Shown here: piece after piece, positions 41,352 to 52,756 of the stretch | Layout: every line of letters starts with the position of its first letter | How positions within the stretch are numbered: the stretch's first letter is position 1 | IMG/VR virus record: IMGVR_UViG_3300029893_000001 | Location: 310,001-374,000 of that record | DNA length: 64,000 nt | Reading direction: 5' to 3' (one strand) | The notes under the pieces: generated by a model | Told to the model about the DNA's origin: nothing | The model's input: the letters and a program-made list of their open reading frames with translations, nothing else | Database searches by the model: none | Program-made: the position numbers and the translations under genes

Positions 41352-44300
41352 TTACTGATCATGCTCGCCAACCAGGGCGAGCAATTCCCTTGCAAGCGTA
41401 CGAGTCGCTTCACGAGAAAGCTCCGAGATTCTTCGCACCACTCCAGGCTTTCCACTAGGCTGTGTGAACATTACCTTGCCCGTGTCTTTTACGACATGGA
41501 CACCGAACACTCGTTGGCGGTCGTCCTCAATCCACAGGACGTCCCCTTCTCTACGTACCTTACACATTCAAGGCCAGCCTATGTTCTACGAATTCCCAAG
41601 GAACCAGCTCGCCTGACCAGTTTAACTTTACGACGGTCTCGGGCCAACGTCTTGTTATAGCGTCGCGAGTTGGTGCCCAGCCGCGCATAAGGCAAGCCCG
41701 TACCTCTTGAAGAGATGCATCTGCGAAGATCTGCTTTTCGTAGCTCGTGCTACGAGCGGGTAAAATAAGACGGGCCACCTGACCACCCAGGTCAACGTAG
41801 CAGGCATTTTCTTCGTCGTACCCCCAGCCGTCACCGCTGCAAGGAACAACGACAGCATTCAATCTCAGAAGCTTTTCACGACGAACGGCTTGATGATGCG
41901 CCTTTCGTGCAAGTTTATTGAGGAGTTTGCGCCTTCGTTTTGCTGCACGTTTGGTGACCTTCATGACTCAGTCTCTTCCGTGACAATCTTCTCGTGAAGA
42001 TGATCGAGAGAGTCTCTGTGGAAGGCCGAGTAGGAGTCAGGAGCATCGTGCTCACTATCCCAAATCTGCACCCAATCTCGGCGCCAACCAAATTCACTTC
42101 CTTCCCCACTAAGAAGACGATAAGCCACTTGAAACGCTTCTAGGCGGGTAGCGTGAGAAGAGTGGAAGTCCTCCATTCCTCCGCATGGATAATAGTTGTC
42201 TCCAGAGAAGACAAAGTATCTCTTTTCAGCCATTCAGCAGCGCCTTCTTGGCGTTCCTACGGTCCGGGATACGACTGCTTTCGATGTAGGCCACAGTCAG
42301 CATACCACGAAGGAAATTGACAACGTCATTTCTGTCGGGGGAAGCAAATGTGACGCAGCCATCACTCACATCGAGACCAGGCTTGGCCACTCCAAGTTCG
42401 CCGCTCCTATCCCACCAACCTTCGGCCTCTTCGGACCATTTCACCCTGACAGGACGTGTGCCCCACAGTCCTCCGAGGTTATACCGAGTGGCATACATGA
42501 TTTTGTGCTCTGGGGTACGAACTTCTTCTTCCTCTCGGGATAGTCTCATGATGCTCTCCTACCAAACCTTGAACATTAAGCCGGGTCTGTTGTTACAATT
42601 CCGGCACACATACAGTGGATCACTGGCCGGCGCTCGACAAACCATTTGTGACTTCCACGGCCGACATCGTCTCTGGCATGATCCGCATATGGTCCAGCGA
42701 CGCATCGGAGTAAGCAGCAGTATCAGTATTAGGCGACGTCTAACGCATTGAAAGAGCCGTTGAACTCGCAGTTGCCTCCGCTGCGGCTTATCCAGCAATA
42801 GAACACTGCTTCTGTATGGACTCATTTCAGATGACTCTTATTGACGCATAGTTCGTTAGCAGCACGCAGATGAGCAATAGTATGCCCCGCGTCCTCTGTT
42901 CCATCTGCTTCTACGAGGACTGGTTCCAATGCGTCTATCAGACGTTTTCTGGATGGAAGGCGGTCGGAAACCGCCGATGTGCCCAACAAAACTGCGATAG
43001 CCGTGTCTATTTCATCGGTGCGTATCGATCCGGCCCACACATCCAACATGGAATCTACTTCAAGGAACTTTCCATTATGGAGCAGCCGATCAATATGCTC
43101 CAGGTAGTCCAATATCGATCTACCTTTCAGGCTTTCACCCACCGACGGAACAAAACGGACCGTGGCGTTCTCCTTGCTTTGCTCCGCAGCAATGACACGG
43201 CGTAGGCTGCCACCTAAAGTGGTGGTCTTGTACTTCTGCGATGTCCGCATCGAAACATTCCTCTTGGCACAATTCTTGATGAGGACACCCGGATGTCCAT
43301 GCCTTGCAAATGACGCCGGTTACGTCGTTCTCGTCTGAATCCTGGGTCATTTTCTTCTTTTGGGTGGCTTTGACCGACGATGCCATTCTCGAACGCCTAG
43401 TGTATCTTCGAAAATGAGGCGCATCTTTTGGCCCTCAACAACGGGACCACGAATGTTCAGCTCGGTCCACGTGTGGATGTAATCAGGCTCATCCTCTCCA
43501 TCGGGATGGAACTGGGCACAGCCGATGAGGTGGTACCGGCCCTCCCAATCTCTCCAATATGAATCTGTCCAATAAGTCAACCACCCCATACGCTCTGTGA
43601 GTGGACAGAAGGCACGAACGCGCGTTTTGGTTGCCATGGGTCAATTACTATCGCGAGGGTTCGCTGCCATGCGGTGACGCTGTGGCAGGGCTATGCTCGC
43701 CGCGAGCCGACGACCCAGCAAAAGCCGATGCTGAGGTCGCTAGTTGCCATTGCAACTCGAATCGCGAAACGCTCGAATTCCTCGTCTTCTGCTGTGGTCA
43801 TACGGCCACCAGCGAGATAGACTTGATTTCAGGGGAAAACATTTTGCCGTCTTTCCTCACCAAAATGCACTTGTAGCTCCCTGATTCATCGCCGGCTCTC
43901 AACAAGGCCTCGTCGAGAGCCCTGATGGTCGCCTTCAGCGTCTTGCGATGTGTCTCCGGCTCAAACCAAAATCCGGGATCCCAACTGGCGCCCGGATACC
44001 AAGAGGAAAACAGGATGTATTCTGCCCGTCCCCAGTTTGCATGTATGGGGCATTGTTCTGAGGCCATGACCCGTTGTTGATCGCTGATGAGCCCACAGGA
44101 GTGGAGCAGTGCTATTGCCTGTTCTTTGGTCATTCGCCGAGTCCTAGTTTAATGCCCAGGTGCTGCTCAACCGCCCCAAAGTAGTTAATTGGAGCGATAG
44201 TGAAATCCTCGACAGTAAGGCGACGACCGAGTCTGCTTTCCAGACACAGGAAATGAAGGTACCCTTCGCGCTCAGGACCTCGGGTGACGGATTCCCAGAG

Positions 44301-47226
44301 CGAGTCGAAGACCATGTACATTTCCTCGCACTCTAACCCGCAGTGAAGACAAAGCCTCAAGTACCAACGAGGCCTTCCCTGCTCGTCCTCACCCACGCCG
44401 AGCATCCAAGGCTTCACTACACGAATCTTTTGCACGTTCAGTTCACCTGCTCTGGAATGCACCAGTCAGCGTGGTAGTCACACCCGGAGCAAGTCACCTT
44501 GTGCCAGTCGCCTTCGACGGAAGTTACGCCACCTTGATACGCGTCGAGCTTCTTGATGAGAGCGCCGCCACAGTCGGGGCATTCTCCGCGGATAACCTTG
44601 CGACGCTCTTCATATAGACTAGCGAGGATTTCTTCTCGCGTCATGCCGTCATTGTTGCTCATAAGAAAACGAATTCTCCACTCACAAGTGTGCCGGTGTG
44701 AGTCTCTCCGTTCAGGACCCGAACCAAGCGCCCTTGGGCATCAACGTGGTACCGCGGGATATCAGGCGAGAGGTCCAACGTGACACCGGATTTTGCTAGC
44801 GCAGGCGCCGCACGCTTCAGCGCTTCATGGCTATCGCGAAAGCTCTTCTCTGTTTGGGAAGAGGTTACCTCTTCAACCAATTGGATCGAAATCAAACGGG
44901 GTTCGAAATACAAGCCCAAGTTTCCCCAATCAAAATCGTCCCACCAAGGAAAATCGTCGTCTCCCTTGGTATAGATGGCTGCCTTGTTGGGATCGCGAGT
45001 TGGAGATCCGCTAGGCGTGACCATGTCTCCGAGCTTGTACGTTCTGGAGCCAAGGCCTACCGTGCTGCCTTTTACTCGGGTGCGACACACCACAACGTAG
45101 CGTTGGCCACGTTTTAGTTTCTTGATGTGCATTAGGTTGTTACCTGGACAACGAGCCATATGATTCCAGCCGATACTCCAATCATGGCAGCTGAAATGGT
45201 GAGATAGACAGCCAGGTGCCACACGTTGCGGCTTCCTGTTTTGTCCAGCAACCAATCGTAGAGGCTCATCGTCGCTTCTCCTGGATGTTGAGCTTGAACT
45301 TGATTGTCACGGGAATGTAGTCCCGAAATACCTTTTCAAGTTGATCGACAATCCTGGCCTCGTCCCTGAGGTCCGAAAAGTAACTCGTGTGAACGATGAC
45401 TGAGATTTCATCGTGCATGTCATTACAAATGGACACTCCCCTGACACCAGGAACTGACAATGCCAAACTCTCAATGTCACGCACAGAGTTACTGAACGGA
45501 ATCTTGTTCTGAAGTTGCGACACCAAACGCGGCAAGCTGACCGCGAAGCGGGCGGCGCAATCAGGTGCCTCGACAGGCTCAATCGTCCCGCCGATACGCT
45601 CGACAACATTGAGACGGGCTGCAGTCTCGCTGTTGAGGAGAAGGTCAAGGTCCGACTTCTGCTTATTGAAGTACCCTAACGCGTCTTCTTCAATTTCTCG
45701 AAGACTTGGGCCTCTCCAGCTCCTAGTGTCTCTCAGACGCTCGTTTCTTACGTACACGAGCCATTCAGAGTCGTCTCGACACTCGTAGCAGGTTATAGTC
45801 CAGTTTCCTAGCTTACCTTTGAAATGGGAAGAAGCTCCGGAGGCCGAGGTAGAGTGCCTCTGACACTCTACCCCAAGGAATGTAATACTGGACTCTGTCT
45901 TCCTCACGCTGGAACGTACCCCTGCGACCGAATACGGTCTGCTGTACGTAGGTCCGTTCACACAGCCCTCGATAGTACCATTCCGCTTGAGTCTAAGCCT
46001 TAGCTCAATGCTATTGGTAATAGGCTCTCGCGTAATAGTGGCAAAGTCATGACCATCTAAGAATCTACCAAACAGGGTAATCCTACCATCCCACGGGCTG
46101 GCAGCTATTCCTACGATACAAAATTGTGCCCACTTGCCGTTCCAGCCGGGACGTTCTGCAAAGTCGCGGACCTCTGCCCGAATCGAACCCGAGGCGCACA
46201 CATTGCGCATCTTGGGGCTCACACCCACAAGACTCCACTACTTTCTTGCAGGTAGCGCATTCCGCGTAATTGTACTCTGGATGGCGCTTGAGCTGCTCAG
46301 CGTAGCGACAGTTGGGGTTCGAGCAGTCGGCACTCTCCATCAATCCTGTGTACCCGCACGGACTTCCACAGGCGACGCACGTGTTCTTGTATTCCATCGC
46401 TACCTCTCTAATCCATTTGAGAAACCTTCTCAATGATCTCTACGGTTCCAAGGCCCACGAAGTCGGTGCCTGCTTCATGGTCACTCCATACCCATGTCGT
46501 TCCCAAGCCAACGAATGAAGCCAAGCAGGTCCTCGAACCCGTAGCCGGCCTTTAGCGCTTCCTCACCAAGAAAGTGGCGATTGATGTACCGAGCCATCAG
46601 GGCGCTGAAGCGATCGCTGAAAATCTGTCCGGGCTTGATCTGGTGTAGCCGAATGCTCTTCAGTTCTTCTTTAACGCGAGCGCGCAAAAGCTCGTCGTGA
46701 ATCCCGGAACCCACAATCCCGGAACCCACGCACCCCTCGTAGTAGGCGTGCAAGCCAGACATTGCATCAAACAGTTCTTCTTCGGTCAAGTTGCTTATCC
46801 TATTGGAGTGGCGTTCCCCAATCCCAACATTATCGCTAGGGTTCACCAGCTACGGGTACCTCTTAAAACACCCATACCCCTATTTGGGGGCTAAAATGGG
46901 AAAGGGAAATTACGGCTTGGGCCGACGCCGGTGTGCGATCTGCTCGAACTCGGCGAGCCCGACGTTTTGCACCAGATGAACCAGCTCCTGGAGAGGAACG
47001 ATGCGAGCCCGCCGAGCCCGGTCATGAGTCTCCCATAGCTCCACGTAAGGAACAACGGTCCCGTCCACCGTGTAGGTCACGACACGCATGTAGTGCGCAC
47101 CGTCGCGTGACTTCGACAGTACCTTATGCACCCGACCGGTGAACCCAGCACGTCGCATCCTTCGGCGTTCGAGGATGATGGAGTGAGGCGTAGCCATGAC
47201 CCGACTGTTACAGAACCCTGAGGGAT

Positions 47227-47490
47227 TTACTCCGTCGCCACTGAACTCCTATACAAGTCGATCTTGTCCTGCAGAAACAACCAGAATTCCGGCGTGGTCC
47301 CGAGTGCCTTCGACAGCCGTAGCGCGGTCAGCGGTGTGATCGACTGATGGCCGTTGACAATTCGATTCACGGTCTCTGTCGTCATACCGATATGTTTCGC
47401 CAGCTTCCTCTGCGAAATGCCTGCAGGCTCCAAGAATTCCTTTCGCAGGACTTCACCAGGTAAAGTAGGCATTCTGTTTTTAGGAGTCAT
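47227..47490 (-). CDS. higA: HigA-family XRE antitoxin (orphan)
   Basis: PGEVLRKEFLEPAGISQRKLA...ITPLTALRLSKALGTTPEFWLFLQ. Confidence 0.9.
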   Translation of the reverse strand: MTPKNRMPTLPGEVLRKEFLEPAGISQRKLAKHIGMTTETVNRIVNGHQSITPLTALRLSKALGTTPEFWLFLQDKIDLYRSSVATE

Positions 47491-48462
47491 GTTGCTTTTC
47501 TCACAAGGGATGGCGCAGTTGGGATTACTACAGCTCTGTTGTATCAGTTGATTGTCTTTCTGCCCGGAGCAGTTGTAGTTCGGCTAAGTCGAGTCCTGTC
47601 ATTTTTGCGATGACTTCGTCACTCGGATCCACAGAGTCGGCGAGAATTCCAACCGCACGTCGCAGTCTCTCGTTATTCGAGAGCAGCATCCTAATGAGCG
47701 CGGTGAGCGTTCTGATATCCTTATGAACGTCTGGGTTGGTCTTTTCCCACCGCAATTCGATCGTCTGAATTGTGTTTCGTACGATATCGCTCATTAGCTC
47801 CTACCCAAAGTGTCTTGTGCATCCTCCACGTCTTCCTCGCTCCAACCCCACACAGGGCCGAGAGCGTCGAGAAGACGATCCACCAAGGCATCGTATGTTT
47901 TGGGAGTTCCTCGGGCCTTGCTTGCCCTCCACACGTAGGAGAGCACTATCACCATGGTGTCCCCGTGAACACGTTGCGGGTCGAGGTGGCGCAAAACGTC
48001 TTCGACGAAAGCTACGTCTCCCCGAGCGAACGCACTGTCGAGGGCTTTCGTCAAATTGATCCCTGCGCGCATGGGAGCCTTAATGCTCTCTTCGGCACAG
48101 TCTGCGACAATTTGTGATGCTTCTTTGGTGTCCATGGGTTATTCCGCGAAGAAGGCGAGGGGTGCGTTCGGGTGCTTGTTGCGTTGCTTCGTACCCATAC
48201 CCTTATCCCGACAGAAAATGGAAAGGGTATTTCCGGGATCTACTAAATCATTCTGAGTGGTCTTTGAATTCATAGGCGTCTTCATAAGGGTTTTCACAGA
48301 AGTGAAAATAGATGCCCAAGCACTCGTGACAGAGATCTTCCTTGCGGCAGGTTTCACAGACATTGATTTGATCCGCTGGAACAGCGTCCCCGCAGTTGCC
48401 GCAAACAACTTTTGTGTCTGTTTCAGACATACTAGTACCTCGTTTTAACCCATACCCATATT

Positions 48463-49296
48463 TCAGGTTGATTCTGGTTTTCGCCGTTGTGCAGTCCTGA
48501 CACGGTGGCAGCAGGCACAGACCAGTTCACACTTTTGGAGTTCAGCCTTGAGAGCCTTGAGCCGACCTTGGCTAGCTAGGTCAGAAATCGAATACTGCTT
48601 CTCATACTCGGGTAGGTGATCGAAGTCCATGGCCTCCGGCGGGAACTCCCACCCACAATCGGTGCATGGATTCGCCTTGAGCTTATCCAGAAGCCTCCTG
48701 CACTTTCGAACTTTACGTTGGCGTCGAACCTTCGAGCACTCCTTGCAGGTACGGATTTGATCGAGTCGAATCGTAAGTGTGAATTCCCTTGTGGGCTTTA
48801 CTTCACCACAGTATTGACACTCACGAAGTTCTTCAGGGTCAAATCCTTTCTCCCATTCTTCAAGCTGAGATTTCCTCTGACAGAGCTTACAGTGAACAAC
48901 TGCGTCCTCAAGTAGTTTCCGAAAGCTACGAACCGAACGTTCTAATTTTGCTGTGAGTGGCACGTCCTCTAGCTTGGCTACTAGCTTCTCTTTCGCACCA
49001 CAAGAGCCGCATCTCATTTTCTTGAGCGCTGCTTTCAGAAGTTGCTTATTGCGTTCTGCGTACTTGGCGTAATAAGCGGCCCGTTCTTCTGGTGCCTTCG
49101 GTACGTACGTTGACTTCTCTTCACGTGCCGCCAACAGTCGCCGACGTTCATTGACACGCTCACGATTTTCTTTGGCCCACTTCCGCGCTTTCGCCTTGCA
49201 GCATTCCTTGCAATAGCTTTGAGGCCTCTCGTTATACACGTAGAAATCGTTGAGAGGTAAGACAGCCTCACACGCGCGGCATTGCTTTGTAGACAC
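48463..49296 (-). CDS. HNH endonuclease with multiple zinc ribbons
   Basis: PCTDCG..AMDFDH..KCELVCACCHRVRT plus N-terminal CxxC pairs. Confidence 0.85.
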   Translation of the reverse strand: MSTKQCRACEAVLPLNDFYVYNERPQSYCKECCKAKARKWAKENRERVNERRRLLAAREEKSTYVPKAPEERAAYYAKYAERNKQLLKAALKKMRCGSCGAKEKLVAKLEDVPLTAKLERSVRSFRKLLEDAVVHCKLCQRKSQLEEWEKGFDPEELRECQYCGEVKPTREFTLTIRLDQIRTCKECSKVRRQRKVRKCRRLLDKLKANPCTDCGWEFPPEAMDFDHLPEYEKQYSISDLASQGRLKALKAELQKCELVCACCHRVRTAQRRKPEST

Positions 49297-49728
49297 TAGT
49301 TTCTTCCGAGAAAGACCCTAGTACCTATTTACAGACCCTAGCCGTCTTTTTTTTTTCTAAACTGGGAAAGGGTTTTCCGGGACCTGGGATTTCAACTTCG
49401 CTTGTCCCAGACGAAGCGATGCTCAGTCGTCTTCCACAAGCTTCCACAAGGACTCGATCGGTTTACGTTCTCCCAACGTGCAGCGATATCTCTCACCTCC
49501 CGTGCACGTGAATTCTACGTACGGTGTGTACGAGCCCCACTGCCCCACGGTCCAGCCAACCGAGTGAATCGTTTCGACCGTCACCTCTAGCTCGCCCACC
49601 TTGTACGTCTCGCCTACCTCAAGCATGCGTCAGTCTCCTACTCTCCCCGCCCCGAGCGTCGCACGAACCCACTCCCGAACTCAAGCAGTTTCTAGGAACT
49701 CAGTCCCCTACTACCCAGTTTACCGGGT

Positions 49729-49905
49729 GCCCCAAAATCCATTTTGGATTTTGGGGCGTGAAAAACCCCCGGAGGGTTTTTCACTGGTTTTTGCAAAGCA
49801 AAAACCAACGCATTTTGCCGGGTAGGCAAAATGCGAGGCCCATTTTGCTCCGGGCAAAATGGGCGGGAGGCCGTTCGCTGGATTTTCCCCGGAGGAAAAT
49901 CCAGC
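49729..49905. repeat. array of six near-contiguous perfect inverted repeats
   Basis: Stems of 10-12 bp with 3-5 nt loops at 49729-49757, 49758-49784, 49785-49807, 49809-49835, 49838-49864 and 49877-49905. Confidence 0.92.
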
Positions 49906-49946
49906 CCTTAACGGCCGACTGGCCCGGGGCTTTTGCCCCGGGCCGG

Positions 49947-50204
49947 TCAGTGGCAGGACACCCAGAATCCGGGCCGGACCATGACGGCCCGATTGACCCG
50001 GCGGGTGACGTGCGCCCCGTACCGATTGCACGCGGCCTGCGTTTCGGCGAGGAGCGCATCCCCGCTCGACGCTTCCGAGCGGGGCGTCGAGGAATACTCG
50101 ACGCGGGCCGGCGTCGTCGCGCCGCAGCCCGAGGCGAGCAGCACGATGCAGACGAGCAGGAGCGAGAAGAGGCCAGCGCCGAGAGCCTTGATTTCGTCCA
50201 TCAT
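49947..50204 (-). CDS. small putative lipoprotein
   Basis: Hydrophobic signal ending LLASGC; promoter motif at 50228 and GGAGG. Confidence 0.65.
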   Translation of the reverse strand: MMDEIKALGAGLFSLLLVCIVLLASGCGATTPARVEYSSTPRSEASSGDALLAETQAACNRYGAHVTRRVNRAVMVRPGFWVSCH

Positions 50205-50309
50205 TATTCGGTCCTCCCTTGTGCCGACTAGTATCGGGTGGGTTCGCTCCTCTTAAATGGAGAAGCCCCCGGGCATCCGCCCGGGGGCTATTCCCTTGTT
50301 GCCCGGAAA

Positions 50310-50786
50310 TCAGCCGGGCAACAAATCGTTCAGCTCGTCGAGGAAATCGTCGACCTCCCCGTCCGAAGCCTCCGCGGGATCCGGGGTCGGCTCGGGAGCC
50401 GGAGCGGGGGCCGGCGCCGCCTTCGGAGTCGCCTTCGGTGCGGCCGGAGGCGCCACCGGAGCCGCTCCGCCGAGGCTCGACAGATCCAGATCGTCGATCC
50501 CCAGGGACAGCGCCGGAGCGCTGGCCGGCGGAGGGGTGGGCGCAGCCTTCGGAGCCTCGGGAGCCTTCGCGGCGCCCTTGCCCTTGCCCTTCGGACAGCC
50601 CCGGGCGTTGTGCCCCTGCTCGCCGCAGGTGCCGCAGGTGTAGGTCGGGGCCGGAGCCGCCATCACCGCCGCCGTGGCCAGCGTCGAGATGGGAACGACC
50701 GCGAAGCCCATCGCGCTCAGCGCCCGCACCACCTTGCCGAACTGCTCGTCGGTCATCTTGTCGGTCATCTTCTTGCTCATGATCAT
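50310..50786 (-). CDS. CCHC zinc-knuckle protein with Pro/Ala linker and acidic tail
   Basis: CGTCGEQGHNARGC; tail DGEVDDFLDELNDLLPG; promoter motif at 50823. Confidence 0.75.
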   Translation of the reverse strand: MIMSKKMTDKMTDEQFGKVVRALSAMGFAVVPISTLATAAVMAAPAPTYTCGTCGEQGHNARGCPKGKGKGAAKAPEAPKAAPTPPPASAPALSLGIDDLDLSSLGGAAPVAPPAAPKATPKAAPAPAPAPEPTPDPAEASDGEVDDFLDELNDLLPG

Positions 50787-50850
50787 GATTCCTTTCCGGC
50801 GAGGCGTCCCTCGCCTCATTTCCTAGTATCGAATGGGTTCGTTTGGCCGA

Positions 50851-50943
50851 CTAGCGCCGCTGACGCTCCGCGTGACGCCGCGCCAACTCGGCGCGGGCCT
50901 CCTCGATCGCTAGAATCTCGTCCACGTCCAAACCGTCGTACAT
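50851..50943 (-). CDS. 30-aa peptide MYDGLDVDEILAIEEARAELARRHAERQRR
   Basis: Promoter motif at 50968 and GGAGG upstream; below the ORF-track cutoff. Confidence 0.6.
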   Translation of the reverse strand: MYDGLDVDEILAIEEARAELARRHAERQRR

Positions 50944-51050
50944 GGGGCAAAAACCTCCGTTCGCCGTCTAATATCGGCCGGGTTCGCCCAATTGACATTT
51001 CGAGAGTAGCTTAAACGGGCTTTGGCCCGGGTTTCCCCGGGCCGCCCGCC

Positions 51051-51467
51051 TCACGCCGCCTTCGTACGGGCGGCCAGCTTGGCGGCGACCGCCTTGCTGT
51101 ACGCCGCCGCCTTCTCGTAGACCGCCGCCGCCAGGTGCAGATCGAGCCGGCCGATGCTCGACCCGAGGCACACGTGGCCCTCGGAGGGCACCCCGAGCAC
51201 CAGCTTGTTCCCCTGGCCGCAGATCCACCGCTGGAGACGCTGCCGGTTGCCGCTCGACGCCTTGGCCACGAAGACGTCGTGGACCGCGATGCGCGCCGGG
51301 CCCGGCGTCCCGTCCTCGCCGTGCATCGAGCGGAGCACGATGCCGAAGGACTTCACGCCCTCCCCGGCGGAGCCGACCTGCGCGCCGGTCGCGGCGTCCA
51401 GGTGGAAGACCAGGGCGGGGGCCAGCGGGAGATCGCGGGTGACGTCGTACGTGTTCTTCTTCGCCAT
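51051..51467 (-). CDS. hypothetical cassette protein
   Basis: Promoter motif at 51513, hairpin-TTTAA at 51011-51043. Confidence 0.7.
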   Translation of the reverse strand: MAKKNTYDVTRDLPLAPALVFHLDAATGAQVGSAGEGVKSFGIVLRSMHGEDGTPGPARIAVHDVFVAKASSGNRQRLQRWICGQGNKLVLGVPSEGHVCLGSSIGRLDLHLAAAVYEKAAAYSKAVAAKLAARTKAA

Positions 51468-51538
51468 GATTCACCATTCTTTCTGGGGCGCCGTGCCCCG
51501 TCGTTGTACCGACTAGTATTGTCAGGGTTCGGAAAACT

Positions 51539-51672
51539 TGGCGGAGTCACATCGATGCATGGGTGGAGCCCGTGTCTCTGTGCAAGTGACTCGCTCCCGA
51601 CGAGTATGTCCCTACGTGCAGCTTGCCGGTAACGTAGAGGGAGACCGCCGGGCGGCTATCATTCCTCCGCCA
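51539..51672 (-). ncRNA. candidate structured ncRNA (~135 nt)
   Basis: Directly downstream of the promoter motif at 51677; ends pair (TGGCGGAG/CTCCGCCA); nested stems; no credible ORF. Confidence 0.45.
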
Positions 51673-51743
51673 TTCACTACTATCAGCCGGGTTCAAATCC
51701 CTCTTAAACGCGAGAAGGCCCGGGGCTTTTGCCCCGGGCCCCA

Positions 51744-51941
51744 TCACCCGACCTTCCGAATCGGGGCGACGATGACTCGACTACGCAGCTCGCGCCGCTC
51801 TCGGAGCTTGCGGATCTGCAAATCGAGAAGCGCAATCGTGGCATCGAGCATTTCCCTTTCCTCGGGATCTTGCTCCCTCACACGCTTGCGCAGCGCCTCC
51901 GCTTTCTCACAGAGGAGTGCACGAATGACATGATCGTTCAT
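51744..51941 (-). CDS. hypothetical cassette protein
   Basis: Promoter motif at 51959, GGAGG, hairpin-TTTAA at 51704. Confidence 0.7.
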   Translation of the reverse strand: MNDHVIRALLCEKAEALRKRVREQDPEEREMLDATIALLDLQIRKLRERRELRSRVIVAPIRKVG

Positions 51942-52247
51942 TATTCACCTCCCACCAACTACTATCGAGCGGGTTCAATTGCTATTCGGGAGTAGGGTCA
52001 CGCGGAAATAGGAAAATGCCGACCAATTAATTTTGACCCATAAGTGGTAAAGTATGTAACCGCTCGTTCACACATTCTCACGCTTAAGTACGTATACGCT
52101 CGCAGCCATTGCGAGCTTGCTTGTACCCACTGCGAAATAGCCTAATAAGGCATGTACGCTCGCAGCCATTGCGAGCGGGGCGGGGCGTTAAAAGGCTACG
52201 GGCCCCAGAGGGGCCCTATCTCCTCGCAGCCGTTGCGAGAAATGGTC

Positions 52248-52478
52248 CTAGTAGTCCATCCGTCCGCTCGGAATGGGACCCGAGCCGAGCAGGTAGGCCA
52301 GCGCCTCGACCCACGCCGCTCGTCCAGCGGCCAAGTGAGACCTCAGGACGAAAATGCTTCCCAACGCTCCGACTTGCAGATCGAGAGCAAGTCGAGCCTG
52401 GTGCTCGTGGTAGCGTGCCGAGCCGACCGCTAGAGCAGCACGAGCACACTGATCACCGAAATCTTTCTCCGTGGCCAT
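52248..52478 (-). CDS. hypothetical cassette protein
   Basis: Promoter motif at 52496, GAGGAGG. Confidence 0.65.
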   Translation of the reverse strand: MATEKDFGDQCARAALAVGSARYHEHQARLALDLQVGALGSIFVLRSHLAAGRAAWVEALAYLLGSGPIPSGRMDY

Positions 52479-52569
52479 CGTTGCCTCCTCGCCGATTATT
52501 ATCAGCTGGGTTCAATTCGTGCGCGGTTAAATGCGTAACGGCTGCGAGGAATCTCGCAGCCGCTGCAAA

Positions 52570-52729
52570 CTCCCAAAGGGAAACTGGAATCCGTACTCAA
52601 TCACTTGTCCGACTTCGTTGTCGGGGTGTCTTTCGGGACCACACGATTCCCGCTTCTACGCCGAAGCTCCACGAAAGATCGTATGTTTCCAGCGTCCCTT
52701 TGGGAGCCCGATTTTTCGGTGAATCGGGC
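52570..52729 (-). ncRNA. candidate structured ncRNA (~160 nt)
   Basis: 12-bp plus 6-bp closing stem (52570-52589 / 52687-52706) with internal hairpins, preceded by hairpin 52706-52729. Confidence 0.5.
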
Positions 52730-52756
52730 GAACCGTTCTCGCAGCCGTTGCGAGAA

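Noticed and set aside
45266-46228. Baseplate J-like protein
   Set aside because: Only a short C-terminal resemblance (DIESLALSVPGV); start uncertain and no structural-gene context
52095-52240. Mini-CRISPR array (22-nt palindromic repeat, 38-nt spacer)
   Set aside because: Only two exact copies; the same palindrome is dispersed next to promoters and terminators; no cas genes in the window
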